Shown here one piece after another: positions 17,749-26,824 of a stretch of 64,000 nt of DNA. The stretch's first letter is position 1. Each line of letters starts with the position of its first letter. The position numbers were made by a program, and so were the translations under genes. The notes beneath the pieces are model-generated. The model searched no databases, was not told where the DNA came from, and saw nothing but the letters and a program-made list of their open reading frames with translations. Origin of the DNA: Alphaproteobacteria bacterium. Lineage in GTDB: Bacteria > Pseudomonadota > Alphaproteobacteria > SMXP01. Where the stretch lies: contig JANQPV010000022.1 of assembly GCA_028285305.1 (NCBI GenBank), forward strand, positions 137,322 through 201,321, in the 5' to 3' direction.

Positions 17749-19082
17749 CCGGGTTTCGCCGCGGGTGACCGGTAGGTCCAAAGGCTGGTCGTAAATGTTC
17801 CGTATATAAATAGAACAAAAGATACGGCGAGGGCTGGGATCAGCGCATTCAGCGTTCCAAACATTTCAATGATTACGCCAAGCACAAGGGCACCGATTGG
17901 AGCACTGCCGACAAAACCCAGATTGAAGACCGACATGATGCGTCCTCGATATTGGGGTTCCGCAGATTCTTGAACGATGGCTCTGGCAAGGGTTGAAGTG
18001 ATGCCCATGTTGAGGCCCCAGGCGATTGTGGTGAGGATCAAAACGATCCAATTAGGCCACGCCCACAACAAGAACAAAATCGCCATGCGAGAGAGTTGCA
18101 TGACGAGAAAGATCCGGCCCGGATTGGCGAGCGGCATGAACCGCAGCATCAAGAGATTGGACGTGGTCGCGCCTGCGTAGAAGATGATCATCATCACCGC
18201 AAGAAGCCAGGCATCGCCGTCAAAGATGCGTTTGATGATGAAGGGAAAGACGGTTAGAAACGCTCCGGCATTGAAGATGCTAGATGTGAAGTTGATTAAG
18301 AGGACGTTGAATACGTCTCTGTTGCGGTAGGTGGCTTTGAGACCTTCAAGCACCTCGTTCCATGCAGAATGATGCACTTGAGCCTTGCCGTTTGGGAACG
18401 ATGGCAGATTTCGCACCATCAAAACACCGATCAAAAAACAAACTGCTTGAATCGACAGGGCGGCCGATAATCCGATCCGTTCCATCTGTCCCGCCATGGC
18501 GAGCCCCATCATTTGCACGATGAAGCCGACGGCGGTGGCTGCGGTTACGCCTTGTTGCACCCTCTCACCCGACACCCGATTGAGAGTTGTCAGCAAAGCG
18601 GGGCCTGAGAAGGATATCAGCGTGCTCACGCCCAATCCCCACGCCGTGACCGTCCAGATATTCAGAGCGTTAAGCCCGTTCGCCACTATCAAGAACAACG
18701 GTAGTATGGGGGCGATGAGATAGACACGGAGCAACAAGTCCTTGGGGTCGGACCGGTCTGCGCTGGCGCCACCCCAGAGCATGACGAAAATGCCCGGAAT
18801 GCCGATGATGGCCAGCGCAACACCCACTTGATCCGCAGGCAGAAGGAGAACGCCGATCAAAAGCCAGCTGGCGAGTAAGTTTTGCATGGCAAAGGCGATA
18901 CCCGCGCAGCCGCTGGCACCCAAGTAGGCCCTGAAGCCTGCCTCTTGCCAAACGGACCGCTTAGCCTGTTCTACATCGCTCTGCGTTGCCACCCTAAATG
19001 CCTTTGTTTTGTCTTTATGTGTAGCGCGATTTGTCGACGAGGCAAATCGGATTGGAGAGTAAGCGTTTTTTGCATTTCCCAT
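17745..19082 (-). CDS. MFS transporter
   Basis: About 12 TM. Start set at ATG MGNAKN (19082). The longer track ORF extends to 19151. Confidence 0.7.
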   Translation of the reverse strand: MGNAKNAYSPIRFASSTNRATHKDKTKAFRVATQSDVEQAKRSVWQEAGFRAYLGASGCAGIAFAMQNLLASWLLIGVLLLPADQVGVALAIIGIPGIFVMLWGGASADRSDPKDLLLRVYLIAPILPLFLIVANGLNALNIWTVTAWGLGVSTLISFSGPALLTTLNRVSGERVQQGVTAATAVGFIVQMMGLAMAGQMERIGLSAALSIQAVCFLIGVLMVRNLPSFPNGKAQVHHSAWNEVLEGLKATYRNRDVFNVLLINFTSSIFNAGAFLTVFPFIIKRIFDGDAWLLAVMMIIFYAGATTSNLLMLRFMPLANPGRIFLVMQLSRMAILFLLWAWPNWIVLILTTIAWGLNMGITSTLARAIVQESAEPQYRGRIMSVFNLGFVGSAPIGALVLGVIIEMFGTLNALIPALAVSFVLFIYGTFTTSLWTYRSPAAKPG

Positions 19083-19137
19083 CTGCTCTGTGGGTGTGTT
19101 ATCTGCGAGACAAACAGCCAATCGCGAGGAGATGCTT

Positions 19138-19887
19138 ATGACCCCCATCAAGATTTACGGCGTACCCTTTTCCCAGCCTGTCCGGTCGGTCATTTGGCTC
19201 TTGCTCGTAAAAAAACTGCCTTTCGAATTGGTGCCGACCAACCCGGGCTCAAAGGGGGAAAATGGCAGCAAGCACCCGAGTTTTCTCGAAAAGAACCCGT
19301 CCGGCACCATCCCCTGCCTTGAGGAGCCGGACACTGGGTACACCCTGGGGGAGGGTCATGCGATCATGGCTTACCTTTGCCAGAAGTATGGCTGGAGTGA
19401 TATGTATCCAGAGGATATCCAAGCGCGCGGAAAAGTGGACTGGTACCTTAACTTTCATCACCGGAATATCAGAGATGCGTCGGGCATGGTCGCGCCGAAA
19501 ATTCGCAAGGATTTGAATATTCCGGAACTCGCTCAGGAGATGGCGCGCCGTACATTCACCGCAGGGATCAAGACGCTCAACGATCAATGCTTGGCCAAGG
19601 GCCGCTTTATCGCAGGGGATGATCTCACGATTGCGGATCTGGCCGCTTATGGAGAGATCGGTCAGCTTCAAAATCAGTTTACGAATATATTCGACTTCAG
19701 CCCGTTTGAAAATCTCCAGAGATGGCTGAACGATATGCACCAGGTTGAGTTTCACGATGAGGCCCATGTTGTGCTTTCAGAACTTGGAGATATCTCTGAA
19801 GACGCTCCGGATATGGATACGATCCGCACGGCGAACATTAATGCGTTCGTGGCGATCCAGAACGTTGTTCAAGGGTTCTCAGGGTAG
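19138..19887 (+). CDS. glutathione S-transferase family protein
   Basis: MTPIKIYGVPFSQPVRSV thioredoxin-like N-terminus. An AGGAG SD sits 6 nt upstream of ATG 19138. Confidence 0.7.
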   Translation: MTPIKIYGVPFSQPVRSVIWLLLVKKLPFELVPTNPGSKGENGSKHPSFLEKNPSGTIPCLEEPDTGYTLGEGHAIMAYLCQKYGWSDMYPEDIQARGKVDWYLNFHHRNIRDASGMVAPKIRKDLNIPELAQEMARRTFTAGIKTLNDQCLAKGRFIAGDDLTIADLAAYGEIGQLQNQFTNIFDFSPFENLQRWLNDMHQVEFHDEAHVVLSELGDISEDAPDMDTIRTANINAFVAIQNVVQGFSG

Positions 19888-19933
19888 CTTTCTCAATCGC
19901 GGCAGACCATAACTGGGCATTTAGAGGCAGAGT

Positions 19934-21334
19934 TTGGACGAAACATCCCAGCGCAGAAGGTCGGGAGGCGCCGTGCTGCACTATGCGGCGCGGCCGTTCG
20001 TTGTATTCGTCGAGCGCTATTATCCCGACCCATTTGTTTTTGTCATTGCGCTCACATTCGTTGCCTTTGGGGCTGCCTTCCTGCTGACGCCGTCTTCAGT
20101 TGAAACTGCGGTCACCGCTTGGGGCTCAGGCTTGTCCTCGTTGATGGCGTTCACGGCGCAGATTGCCATTACGCTGATTGTTGCAAATGCGTTTGCGGCG
20201 ACGGATTTTGTTCAGCGCGGGCTTAATCGGATTGCTCGGCTCCCGCGGACAGACTGGCAGGCCTACGTCCTCTTGGCGGGCGTAGCGGGCTTGGCCAGCC
20301 TCGTTGCTTGGCCCCTTGGATTGGTTGTGGGCGCGACATTGGCCAAGCGGGTGGCGGCGGAAGCGCCCAAAGCAGGGCTTTTCCTTCATTATCCTTTGTT
20401 GGTTGCCTCGGCCTATTCCGGTTTCCTAATTTGGCATATGGGCTATACGGGATCCGCACCTCTCTTTATGGCGACTCCCGGTCACGCCATGGAGGCTCAA
20501 GCCGGCATTATTCCGGTTACGGAGACAATCTTTGCCTGGTGGAATATCGGTTTGGCACTGATTACGCTGTCTCTCGTATGTGTGATCTGCGCACTCATGC
20601 GGCCGCCTGAAGATCAAATCAAAGAGATTGATGCGCGCCTCTTGATGACGGATCCCCCAGATACAATTGATGCGGAACATCCCAGAACGTTTGGGGAAAA
20701 GTTGACACAGGCGCGGGCCGTCAGTCTCGCTCTCGGGGCGCTGGTTCTCCTCTATATGGGATTTTGGTTTGCAGACAGAGGGTTCAGCCTTGATCTGAAC
20801 ATCGTGAACTGGTCTTTCTTAACACTAGGGCTGCTGTTTGCTCGTTCGCCCGGCCATTACATCGAACTCGTGACGGAGGGCGGCAAGTCCCTAGGTCCGC
20901 TTCTCCTGCAGTATCCCTTTTATGCCGGCATCATGGGATTGATGGCGGGCAGCGGCCTTATCGATGTCTTCTCCACATGGATCGCAAACCATTCTTCCCA
21001 GACGACATTGCCGGTTTGGGCGTTCTTGTCAGGTGGGTTCGTCAACATGTTTGTTCCTTCGGGCGGTGGGCAATGGGCGGTGCAAGGTCCGATCTTCATT
21101 GAGGCGGCGATGAAGTTGGACGTCGAACTGCCGCTCATCGTGATGGCGGTGGCGTACGGCGATCAATGGACAAATATGATCCAACCGTTTTGGACGATCC
21201 CCTTGCTTGTTATCGCCGGCCTCAATCTGCGCGATGTTATGGGGTATACGTTTGTCACGCTTATAGTAACCGGAATCCTCTTCGTGTCCGCCCTGCTTGT
21301 CATCGGTTCCATCGGTGGCCTGACAGGCTCATGA
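19934..21334 (+). CDS. short-chain fatty acid transporter (AtoE-like)
   Basis: 466-aa polytopic protein with an AtoE-type N-terminus (FVERYYPDPFVFVIALTF). TTG start in the track. The true start may be a few codons downstream. Confidence 0.6.
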   Translation: MDETSQRRRSGGAVLHYAARPFVVFVERYYPDPFVFVIALTFVAFGAAFLLTPSSVETAVTAWGSGLSSLMAFTAQIAITLIVANAFAATDFVQRGLNRIARLPRTDWQAYVLLAGVAGLASLVAWPLGLVVGATLAKRVAAEAPKAGLFLHYPLLVASAYSGFLIWHMGYTGSAPLFMATPGHAMEAQAGIIPVTETIFAWWNIGLALITLSLVCVICALMRPPEDQIKEIDARLLMTDPPDTIDAEHPRTFGEKLTQARAVSLALGALVLLYMGFWFADRGFSLDLNIVNWSFLTLGLLFARSPGHYIELVTEGGKSLGPLLLQYPFYAGIMGLMAGSGLIDVFSTWIANHSSQTTLPVWAFLSGGFVNMFVPSGGGQWAVQGPIFIEAAMKLDVELPLIVMAVAYGDQWTNMIQPFWTIPLLVIAGLNLRDVMGYTFVTLIVTGILFVSALLVIGSIGGLTGS

Positions 21335-21414
21335 TCGATCAAACAAGGGGCTAGCATTGTTCCGCCGATAGGTGATAGTCCTTGGGCGGTGCATCAATTC
21401 AGAAAGTGTGATTC

Positions 21415-21552
21415 ATGTCGATCCTACGCATTGGTTTTGTACTTGCCGCTGTGCTGTCTCTATCGGGGTGCTTCTTCTCGGGTGACGAAAAACCGCCGGC
21501 GGTTCCGGTTGAACCGGTTGAAACTCAAAACGAATTGCCCCCGCCGACGTAG
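21415..21552 (+). CDS. small putative lipoprotein (45 aa) not in the ORF track
   Basis: ATG 21415 gives MSILRIGFVLAAVLSLSGCFFSGDEKPPAVPVEPVETQNELPPPT. This is a signal peptide plus lipobox LSGC and a Pro-rich tail. It lies in the otherwise empty 220-bp gap and stops 2 nt before the convergent crotonase gene. Confidence 0.35.
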   Translation: MSILRIGFVLAAVLSLSGCFFSGDEKPPAVPVEPVETQNELPPPT

Positions 21553-21554
21553 CA

Positions 21555-22364
21555 CTAAACGGGACAGTCTTTATTGAACTCGGGCTCGCGTTTTTCTTTG
21601 TGGGAGCGCACGCCTTCCAGAGCGTCTTCGCCCATGAAGCCCAACATTTCGAGCGCGGTGGACGTGTCGAAGATGGGACCGGCAGAACGTAGCCAATTGT
21701 TTAGGGAATATTTGGTCCATCGCAAGGCGCTTTGAGAGCCGGCGGCGAGATCCGTTGCAATGGAGAGGGCCGTCTCCTGAAGCTCACTGTCATCCACGCA
21801 CATAGACACGAGGCCGAGACGTTCGGCTTCTTCGCCGCTCACAGGTCTGCCTGTTAGAAGATGATACTTGGCTTTGGCCATACCGCAGAGGAGCGGCCAA
21901 ATAATTGCCGCCACATCGCCGGCCGCAACACCCAGTCGTGGATGGCCGTCCACGATGCGCGCGCTTTTGCCGGCGATAGATATGTCGGCGAGGATCCCGA
22001 CCACGAGGCCGGCGCCTGCAGCGGGACCGTTGATCGCTGAGATAATCACTTTGTTGCAGTTGATAATATTGTAGACGAGGTCTTTCGCCTCCTTCCACGT
22101 TTTCATCGTGACCTGATGATTGCCGGTCATCTTTTCGATGAAATCGAAATCACCCCCCGATGAAAACGCTTTGCCGGTCCCGGTCACGATGACCGTGTTG
22201 ATGTCCGGGTCGCGGTCGACATCGCGCCAGATGTCGGTAATCTGGGTATGCGCTTCTTCGTCAATGGAATTATACGTCTCCGGATTGTCGAACGTGATCT
22301 TGAGAACCCGTTCCGTGGGCGATTCGATCCTGAATTTGGAGTAGGCGCTGTAACGATCCGTCAT
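21555..22364 (-). CDS. enoyl-CoA hydratase/isomerase family protein
   Basis: 269-aa crotonase fold with motifs GGDFDF and AAGAG. Confidence 0.75.
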   Translation of the reverse strand: MTDRYSAYSKFRIESPTERVLKITFDNPETYNSIDEEAHTQITDIWRDVDRDPDINTVIVTGTGKAFSSGGDFDFIEKMTGNHQVTMKTWKEAKDLVYNIINCNKVIISAINGPAAGAGLVVGILADISIAGKSARIVDGHPRLGVAAGDVAAIIWPLLCGMAKAKYHLLTGRPVSGEEAERLGLVSMCVDDSELQETALSIATDLAAGSQSALRWTKYSLNNWLRSAGPIFDTSTALEMLGFMGEDALEGVRSHKEKREPEFNKDCPV

Positions 22365-22556
22365 GTCTTTTCCTTATTTCATTTGTCTACTGATTATTAT
22401 GAAGAGTCTTTGTTTGCCGGTGAATATTTGGTTGTTTTCCGGGGCGATTCTTCACCCTTATACCTTGCAGATTGCGGTCATAGTTCCCATATTTTAGCCA
22501 TAATTAACAAGCCGGAGACTTGCTCTTTTTCCCAACCCCGAACAATAAGGATTGCC

Positions 22557-23942
22557 ATGAACCCACTCCTGACCGCGCTCCGCGCAACGGCCCGTTTTCT
22601 ATTGTCACCCGTGCGTTTCCTTCGTGATATCTTCAGTCGGGTGTACCGAAAATCGATTCTGGTCAATGCGAGTGAGGCGGGCGCCGTCGTGGGTCAAAAG
22701 GCAAGTGGCTTGATTTCTCAGGAATTTGATGCCGTTTCGGGTGATGTCGTTCCTGTTGAAAGGTCCGAACCCAGCCTTGAAGCGGCTCCCGGCGGGATAC
22801 TCTTCCGTATGATGGCAAAGCCGCAAATGAGCGAACAAACGGCTTCGGAACTCTCCCTCAGCACCGCAAAAATCTATCAAAGACGCGCGGAGCTTTTCTA
22901 TGAAGATGCGATCAACATTATGCCTCCGGGTGGTCTCTTCTATGAGGAGGTGGAACGCGCGCATGTGCAACGGGCTTTGAGTGTAAACAAGGCCATTGGT
23001 GCACAGACGGTTGCGATAGTCTCGGCCTTAGAGGAGGGTGCCGCACCCGTGGAACAGGAGGTGCCGGGCGAGCGCGTTTCGGTTGACAAGCGCTTTAGTG
23101 ACACGAACGAACAGTTTCGGGAGATTTTCAATACTAATAGCCGCCGCCTCATGTTCTACTATGTTCCAGCGCTATTCTCACTGCTTCTTGCCTACCTGTA
23201 TCTTTTTCCAATGGCACTATTTGACAGTGGGCGGACGATATTCGACGGAATCGTTCGATCGGAGTTGGGGGCGGTGTCTCTTGGTGCCGCGGAATTCGGA
23301 CCGATATTGGTGGCAGTGATCGTGATTTCTCTGGTGTATGTCCTTTATCAGTGGCCGTACCGTGTCAGCCAGCAGATTATTGCGCTCAATGTCAACAACT
23401 ACATCTCGCAGAAATTTGGACGCATGAGTCAGCACTTTCAGGTTGCAAAGCGACAAGCGTTGAATGTCGAGCGTAGTGCACGTATTCGAGATGCGGAGCG
23501 ACTCAAAGACGATGCGGGAACGTGGACTGTCAGCTACAATTGGATCGCAATGCGTCTTATGTTTTGCGAACTGCTCATTCGCAACACACTCTTTCAGATC
23601 CGACGCAATACAATGCTTTACAAGCTTGGAGGCGTCGTTCTTTGCTTCACTCTCGCGGGCGGATTGCTGATGATGCAGGCCTTGGTTCCCTCACATATGT
23701 TCGATACCGGAAGGGTTCCTGTCGAACTCTGGTTTGTTGAAGTCTTGTCGGTCACCCTACTGTTCGTGATCGTGATCTACGGGCTTGTGATCCGCAGGCC
23801 ATTTGATGTGGTTCGGCAAAGCTTTGATGAACGGGGTTGGCACCGATTCAATTCTATTCGGCTCGATTCGACCGTTGCGGAACATGTGGGCGAAGACAAG
23901 CTTCAGATCATCACGTTCCGGGACCGGAACCGAATGGAGTGA
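22557..23942 (+). CDS. hypothetical membrane protein (no recognisable domain)
   Basis: Start reassigned to ATG MNPLLTAL, which has an AAGGA SD. The track ORF from 22248 overlaps the crotonase gene. About 200 aa of soluble N-terminus is followed by 4 predicted TM helices. Confidence 0.45.
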   Translation: MNPLLTALRATARFLLSPVRFLRDIFSRVYRKSILVNASEAGAVVGQKASGLISQEFDAVSGDVVPVERSEPSLEAAPGGILFRMMAKPQMSEQTASELSLSTAKIYQRRAELFYEDAINIMPPGGLFYEEVERAHVQRALSVNKAIGAQTVAIVSALEEGAAPVEQEVPGERVSVDKRFSDTNEQFREIFNTNSRRLMFYYVPALFSLLLAYLYLFPMALFDSGRTIFDGIVRSELGAVSLGAAEFGPILVAVIVISLVYVLYQWPYRVSQQIIALNVNNYISQKFGRMSQHFQVAKRQALNVERSARIRDAERLKDDAGTWTVSYNWIAMRLMFCELLIRNTLFQIRRNTMLYKLGGVVLCFTLAGGLLMMQALVPSHMFDTGRVPVELWFVEVLSVTLLFVIVIYGLVIRRPFDVVRQSFDERGWHRFNSIRLDSTVAEHVGEDKLQIITFRDRNRME

Positions 23943-24071
23943 TGCCATTTTGCTTGGCAGTTGGGGCAGCCGTTCGAGGTTGCTCTGGCCCCAACTGCAT
24001 GCATTTAAAGACTTGCATTTCCGTTGCGATTTGGCCCACCTAAGGAGAGATTTTAGGGAAGGGAATGCACG

Positions 24072-25037
24072 ATGAAGGATTTCAGCGGAAAGATTGCCGT
24101 TCTGACTGGTGGCGGCACAGGTATGGGCCGGGAACTCGCCCGGCAACTGGTTGCGGAAGGTTGCAGCGTCGCGTTTTGCGATGTGTCAGTGCAAGCGATG
24201 GCAGAAACAAAAGAGATTTGCCAACAAGAGGCGGTCCAGGGCACACGGCTCATGACGTTCGAAGCGGATGTTTCCGACGAAGACAAAGTCAACGCCTTTG
24301 CCGATGCTGTTAGAAAAGAGTTTGATACGGACCATATTCATCTTCTCTTTAATAATGCCGGGATCGGCGGCGGCGGGTCGATCATTGATGGGGACCGGGA
24401 GGAGTGGGAGAAGACGTTTAACGTCTGTTGGGGCGGCGTCTATTATTGCTCCCGGGCCTTTCTTCCCATGCTGGTTGCCGCGGACGAAGGACATATTGTT
24501 AACACAAGCAGCGTTAATGGATTTTGGGCCTCAATCGGGTATCTGCGTCCGCATACGGCTTATTCAGCCGCTAAGTTCGCGGTGAAAGGTTTCACAGAAG
24601 CTCTTGTCAATGATCTTCGCGTGAATGCGTCCCATGTGAAATGCTCCGTGGTGATGCCCGGACATATCGGTACCAAAATCGTGGACAATTCGCGGGCTTT
24701 ATTGACGGGTTCTGAAGATGTCACCCTGTCGGACGACGACTTGCGCCGGGCGCGAAGTATGTTGAAGACCATGGGGGTTCCCAACGCGGATGACGTCACG
24801 GCGGAGGAAGTGACTGCATTTCTGGAAGAGCGCGCCCGGTCATTCGAAGAAGATGCGCCTACAACGGCAAGTGAGGCGGCCAAGATCATTCTTGATGGGG
24901 TCAAAGCGGAGACGTGGCGCATTCTCGTCGGCGATGACGCGCATCTGCTTGATAAGATGGTGCGGGAGGCGCCCGAAGACGCCTACGAACAAGCCTTTTA
25001 CGATCGCCTGATTAGCGAAAGCGGTTGGAACATATAG
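24072..25037 (+). CDS. SDR family oxidoreductase
   Basis: Rossmann TGGGTGMG. The YSAAK catalytic motif is present. Confidence 0.8.
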   Translation: MKDFSGKIAVLTGGGTGMGRELARQLVAEGCSVAFCDVSVQAMAETKEICQQEAVQGTRLMTFEADVSDEDKVNAFADAVRKEFDTDHIHLLFNNAGIGGGGSIIDGDREEWEKTFNVCWGGVYYCSRAFLPMLVAADEGHIVNTSSVNGFWASIGYLRPHTAYSAAKFAVKGFTEALVNDLRVNASHVKCSVVMPGHIGTKIVDNSRALLTGSEDVTLSDDDLRRARSMLKTMGVPNADDVTAEEVTAFLEERARSFEEDAPTTASEAAKIILDGVKAETWRILVGDDAHLLDKMVREAPEDAYEQAFYDRLISESGWNI

Positions 25038-25070
25038 GGCGGGTTCGGGCCGCTCTGGGAGAGCGGCCCG

Positions 25071-25889
25071 CTAGCGCGCGGCGGCGTACTTGCCGGGCCG
25101 CTTCTCCATGGTCGACATCACCGCTTCGATTTGGTTTTGGCTGCCGATCAGCCTGTCTTGTTCAACGGACTCAGACATCAGAACCTCTGCGGCATCGCGG
25201 TCGCTTGCGTCGTTGAACATGCGCTTGCTGGCCTCGATGGCGTGAGGGTTCTTGGACGCGATCTCTTTTGCTGTGGCTAGGGCGTCTTCAAGCGGCGTCT
25301 CGCTCACCCGCGTGGCGAAGCCATATTCGAACGCCTCTTTACCTGAGAAGATTCGCCCCGAATAGGTTAGCTCACGGATGATGTCGTCACGCGCCAATCC
25401 CCGCATTAACTGGATGCCGGCCATGTCGGGAACAAGTCCCCATTTGATTTCCATAATCGACAGTTTTGTGTCTGGCGCGACGTATCTTATGTCGGCGCCC
25501 AAGGCGACTTGGAAACCGCCTCCAAAAGCCGTCCCATGAACGGCGGCGATTACCGGCACGGGCATTTTGTGCCAGACCCAGACTGCGTATTGGGCTCGGT
25601 TGGTGATTCCGTGGGTGCGCTCAGAAAGGGTACGCCGTGGCCCACTTGCAGCTCCGGACTCGCCGGATTCTTTCATGCGTTGAAAGTTTCCCATATCAAG
25701 ACCGGCGCAAAAGGCGCGCCCCTCTCCAGACAGAACAACGGCGCGGACGTCCGAATTCCGTGCAAGTTCGTCTCCCGTTTCGATGAGGCTTGAGAACATG
25801 GCGTCATCTAGCGCATTCATCTTCTCACTCCGGACGAGTCTGACGTCTGCAACGCCGTCGGTGATTTCGTACTTAACTCTCTCTGACAT
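25071..25889 (-). CDS. enoyl-CoA hydratase/isomerase family protein
   Basis: 272-aa crotonase fold with motifs CAGLDM and AFGGG. Confidence 0.75.
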   Translation of the reverse strand: MSERVKYEITDGVADVRLVRSEKMNALDDAMFSSLIETGDELARNSDVRAVVLSGEGRAFCAGLDMGNFQRMKESGESGAASGPRRTLSERTHGITNRAQYAVWVWHKMPVPVIAAVHGTAFGGGFQVALGADIRYVAPDTKLSIMEIKWGLVPDMAGIQLMRGLARDDIIRELTYSGRIFSGKEAFEYGFATRVSETPLEDALATAKEIASKNPHAIEASKRMFNDASDRDAAEVLMSESVEQDRLIGSQNQIEAVMSTMEKRPGKYAAAR

Positions 25890-25919
25890 TTGTGTTTTTC
25901 CTTCATTCGGTAAGTGGGT

Positions 25920-26696
25920 TCAGCGTGGCCCTTGGCCATCGTCGATCTTAATGATTGTTCCGGTCACGCACTCCGACGAGGGAGAAACGAAGTACAGCAA
26001 TGTGCTGTCCATCTGATCCGGCGTACAAATCCGTTTGCGCGGGAAGTGTTGAGAGATATCGCCCATGCGTTCCAGCATGCCATCCATCATCTCGCTTTGA
26101 AATGCACCAGGCGCGATGCCGTTGACGTTGATGTTGTACCGAGCCCATTCGACCGCGAGTGCTTCCGTCATGCGCACAATGCCCATCTTTGTGATGGAAT
26201 AGAGAGCGGCGCCATTCCCATCGTAGCGATAGGCGCCTACGGAAGAAATATTGACCATTCGTCCTGGGAGTTTCTGCTCAATGAGGCGTTTGGCGACTTC
26301 GCATGACAGAATATAAGGGCCCCTCAAATTTGTATCGAAGACATCGTCGATCAGCTCCAACGACATTTTGTGCGCGCGCTGGGCATCCGGGATACCTGCA
26401 TTATTGATGAGTATCGTTGGGGTGCCGAGCTTTTCTTCCGTTTCGGATACGACGTTTAATATGCTTTCCGTATCTGTCATATCTAAGCGGATAGGTTCGC
26501 ATTCGCCGCCGAACTCGCGAATTTCCGATGCCAATCCTTCGAGACGTTCGACGCGTCGCCCGGTTAAGGCGACCTTGGCGCCGCACCGGGCAAGGACGGT
26601 GGCGAAACGTTTGCCGAGGCCGGACGTTGTTCCTGTTACAAGAGCCGTTTGGCCTGAGAGATCGGTGCTGATCCCGATGGAGTCGGTGGATGTCAT
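25920..26696 (-). CDS. SDR family oxidoreductase (3-oxoacyl-ACP reductase-like)
   Basis: ATG MTSTDS at 26696. TGTTSGLG Rossmann motif and NNAG are present. Confidence 0.75.
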   Translation of the reverse strand: MTSTDSIGISTDLSGQTALVTGTTSGLGKRFATVLARCGAKVALTGRRVERLEGLASEIREFGGECEPIRLDMTDTESILNVVSETEEKLGTPTILINNAGIPDAQRAHKMSLELIDDVFDTNLRGPYILSCEVAKRLIEQKLPGRMVNISSVGAYRYDGNGAALYSITKMGIVRMTEALAVEWARYNINVNGIAPGAFQSEMMDGMLERMGDISQHFPRKRICTPDQMDSTLLYFVSPSSECVTGTIIKIDDGQGPR

Positions 26697-26824
26697 GCCG
26701 TGCCTTTCTGTTGAGCCCTTTTTTGGGTGCACAACAGCATGGCCGGCCACAGCAATCAACTGGCAAGGCAGGGCAGTCTCAGATTTGGCGCAGGGACTGA
26801 TTGAAAATGACTGATTTGTGCGGG

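Noticed and set aside
21389-21577. Track ORF MHQFRKCDSCRSYALV...
   Set aside because: Arg/Cys-rich nonsense. The overlapping ATG-21415 frame encodes a plausible lipoprotein instead.
22248-22556. 5' extension of the 22248..23942 ORF
   Set aside because: It overlaps the convergent crotonase gene. An internal ATG with SD at 22557 is the likely start.
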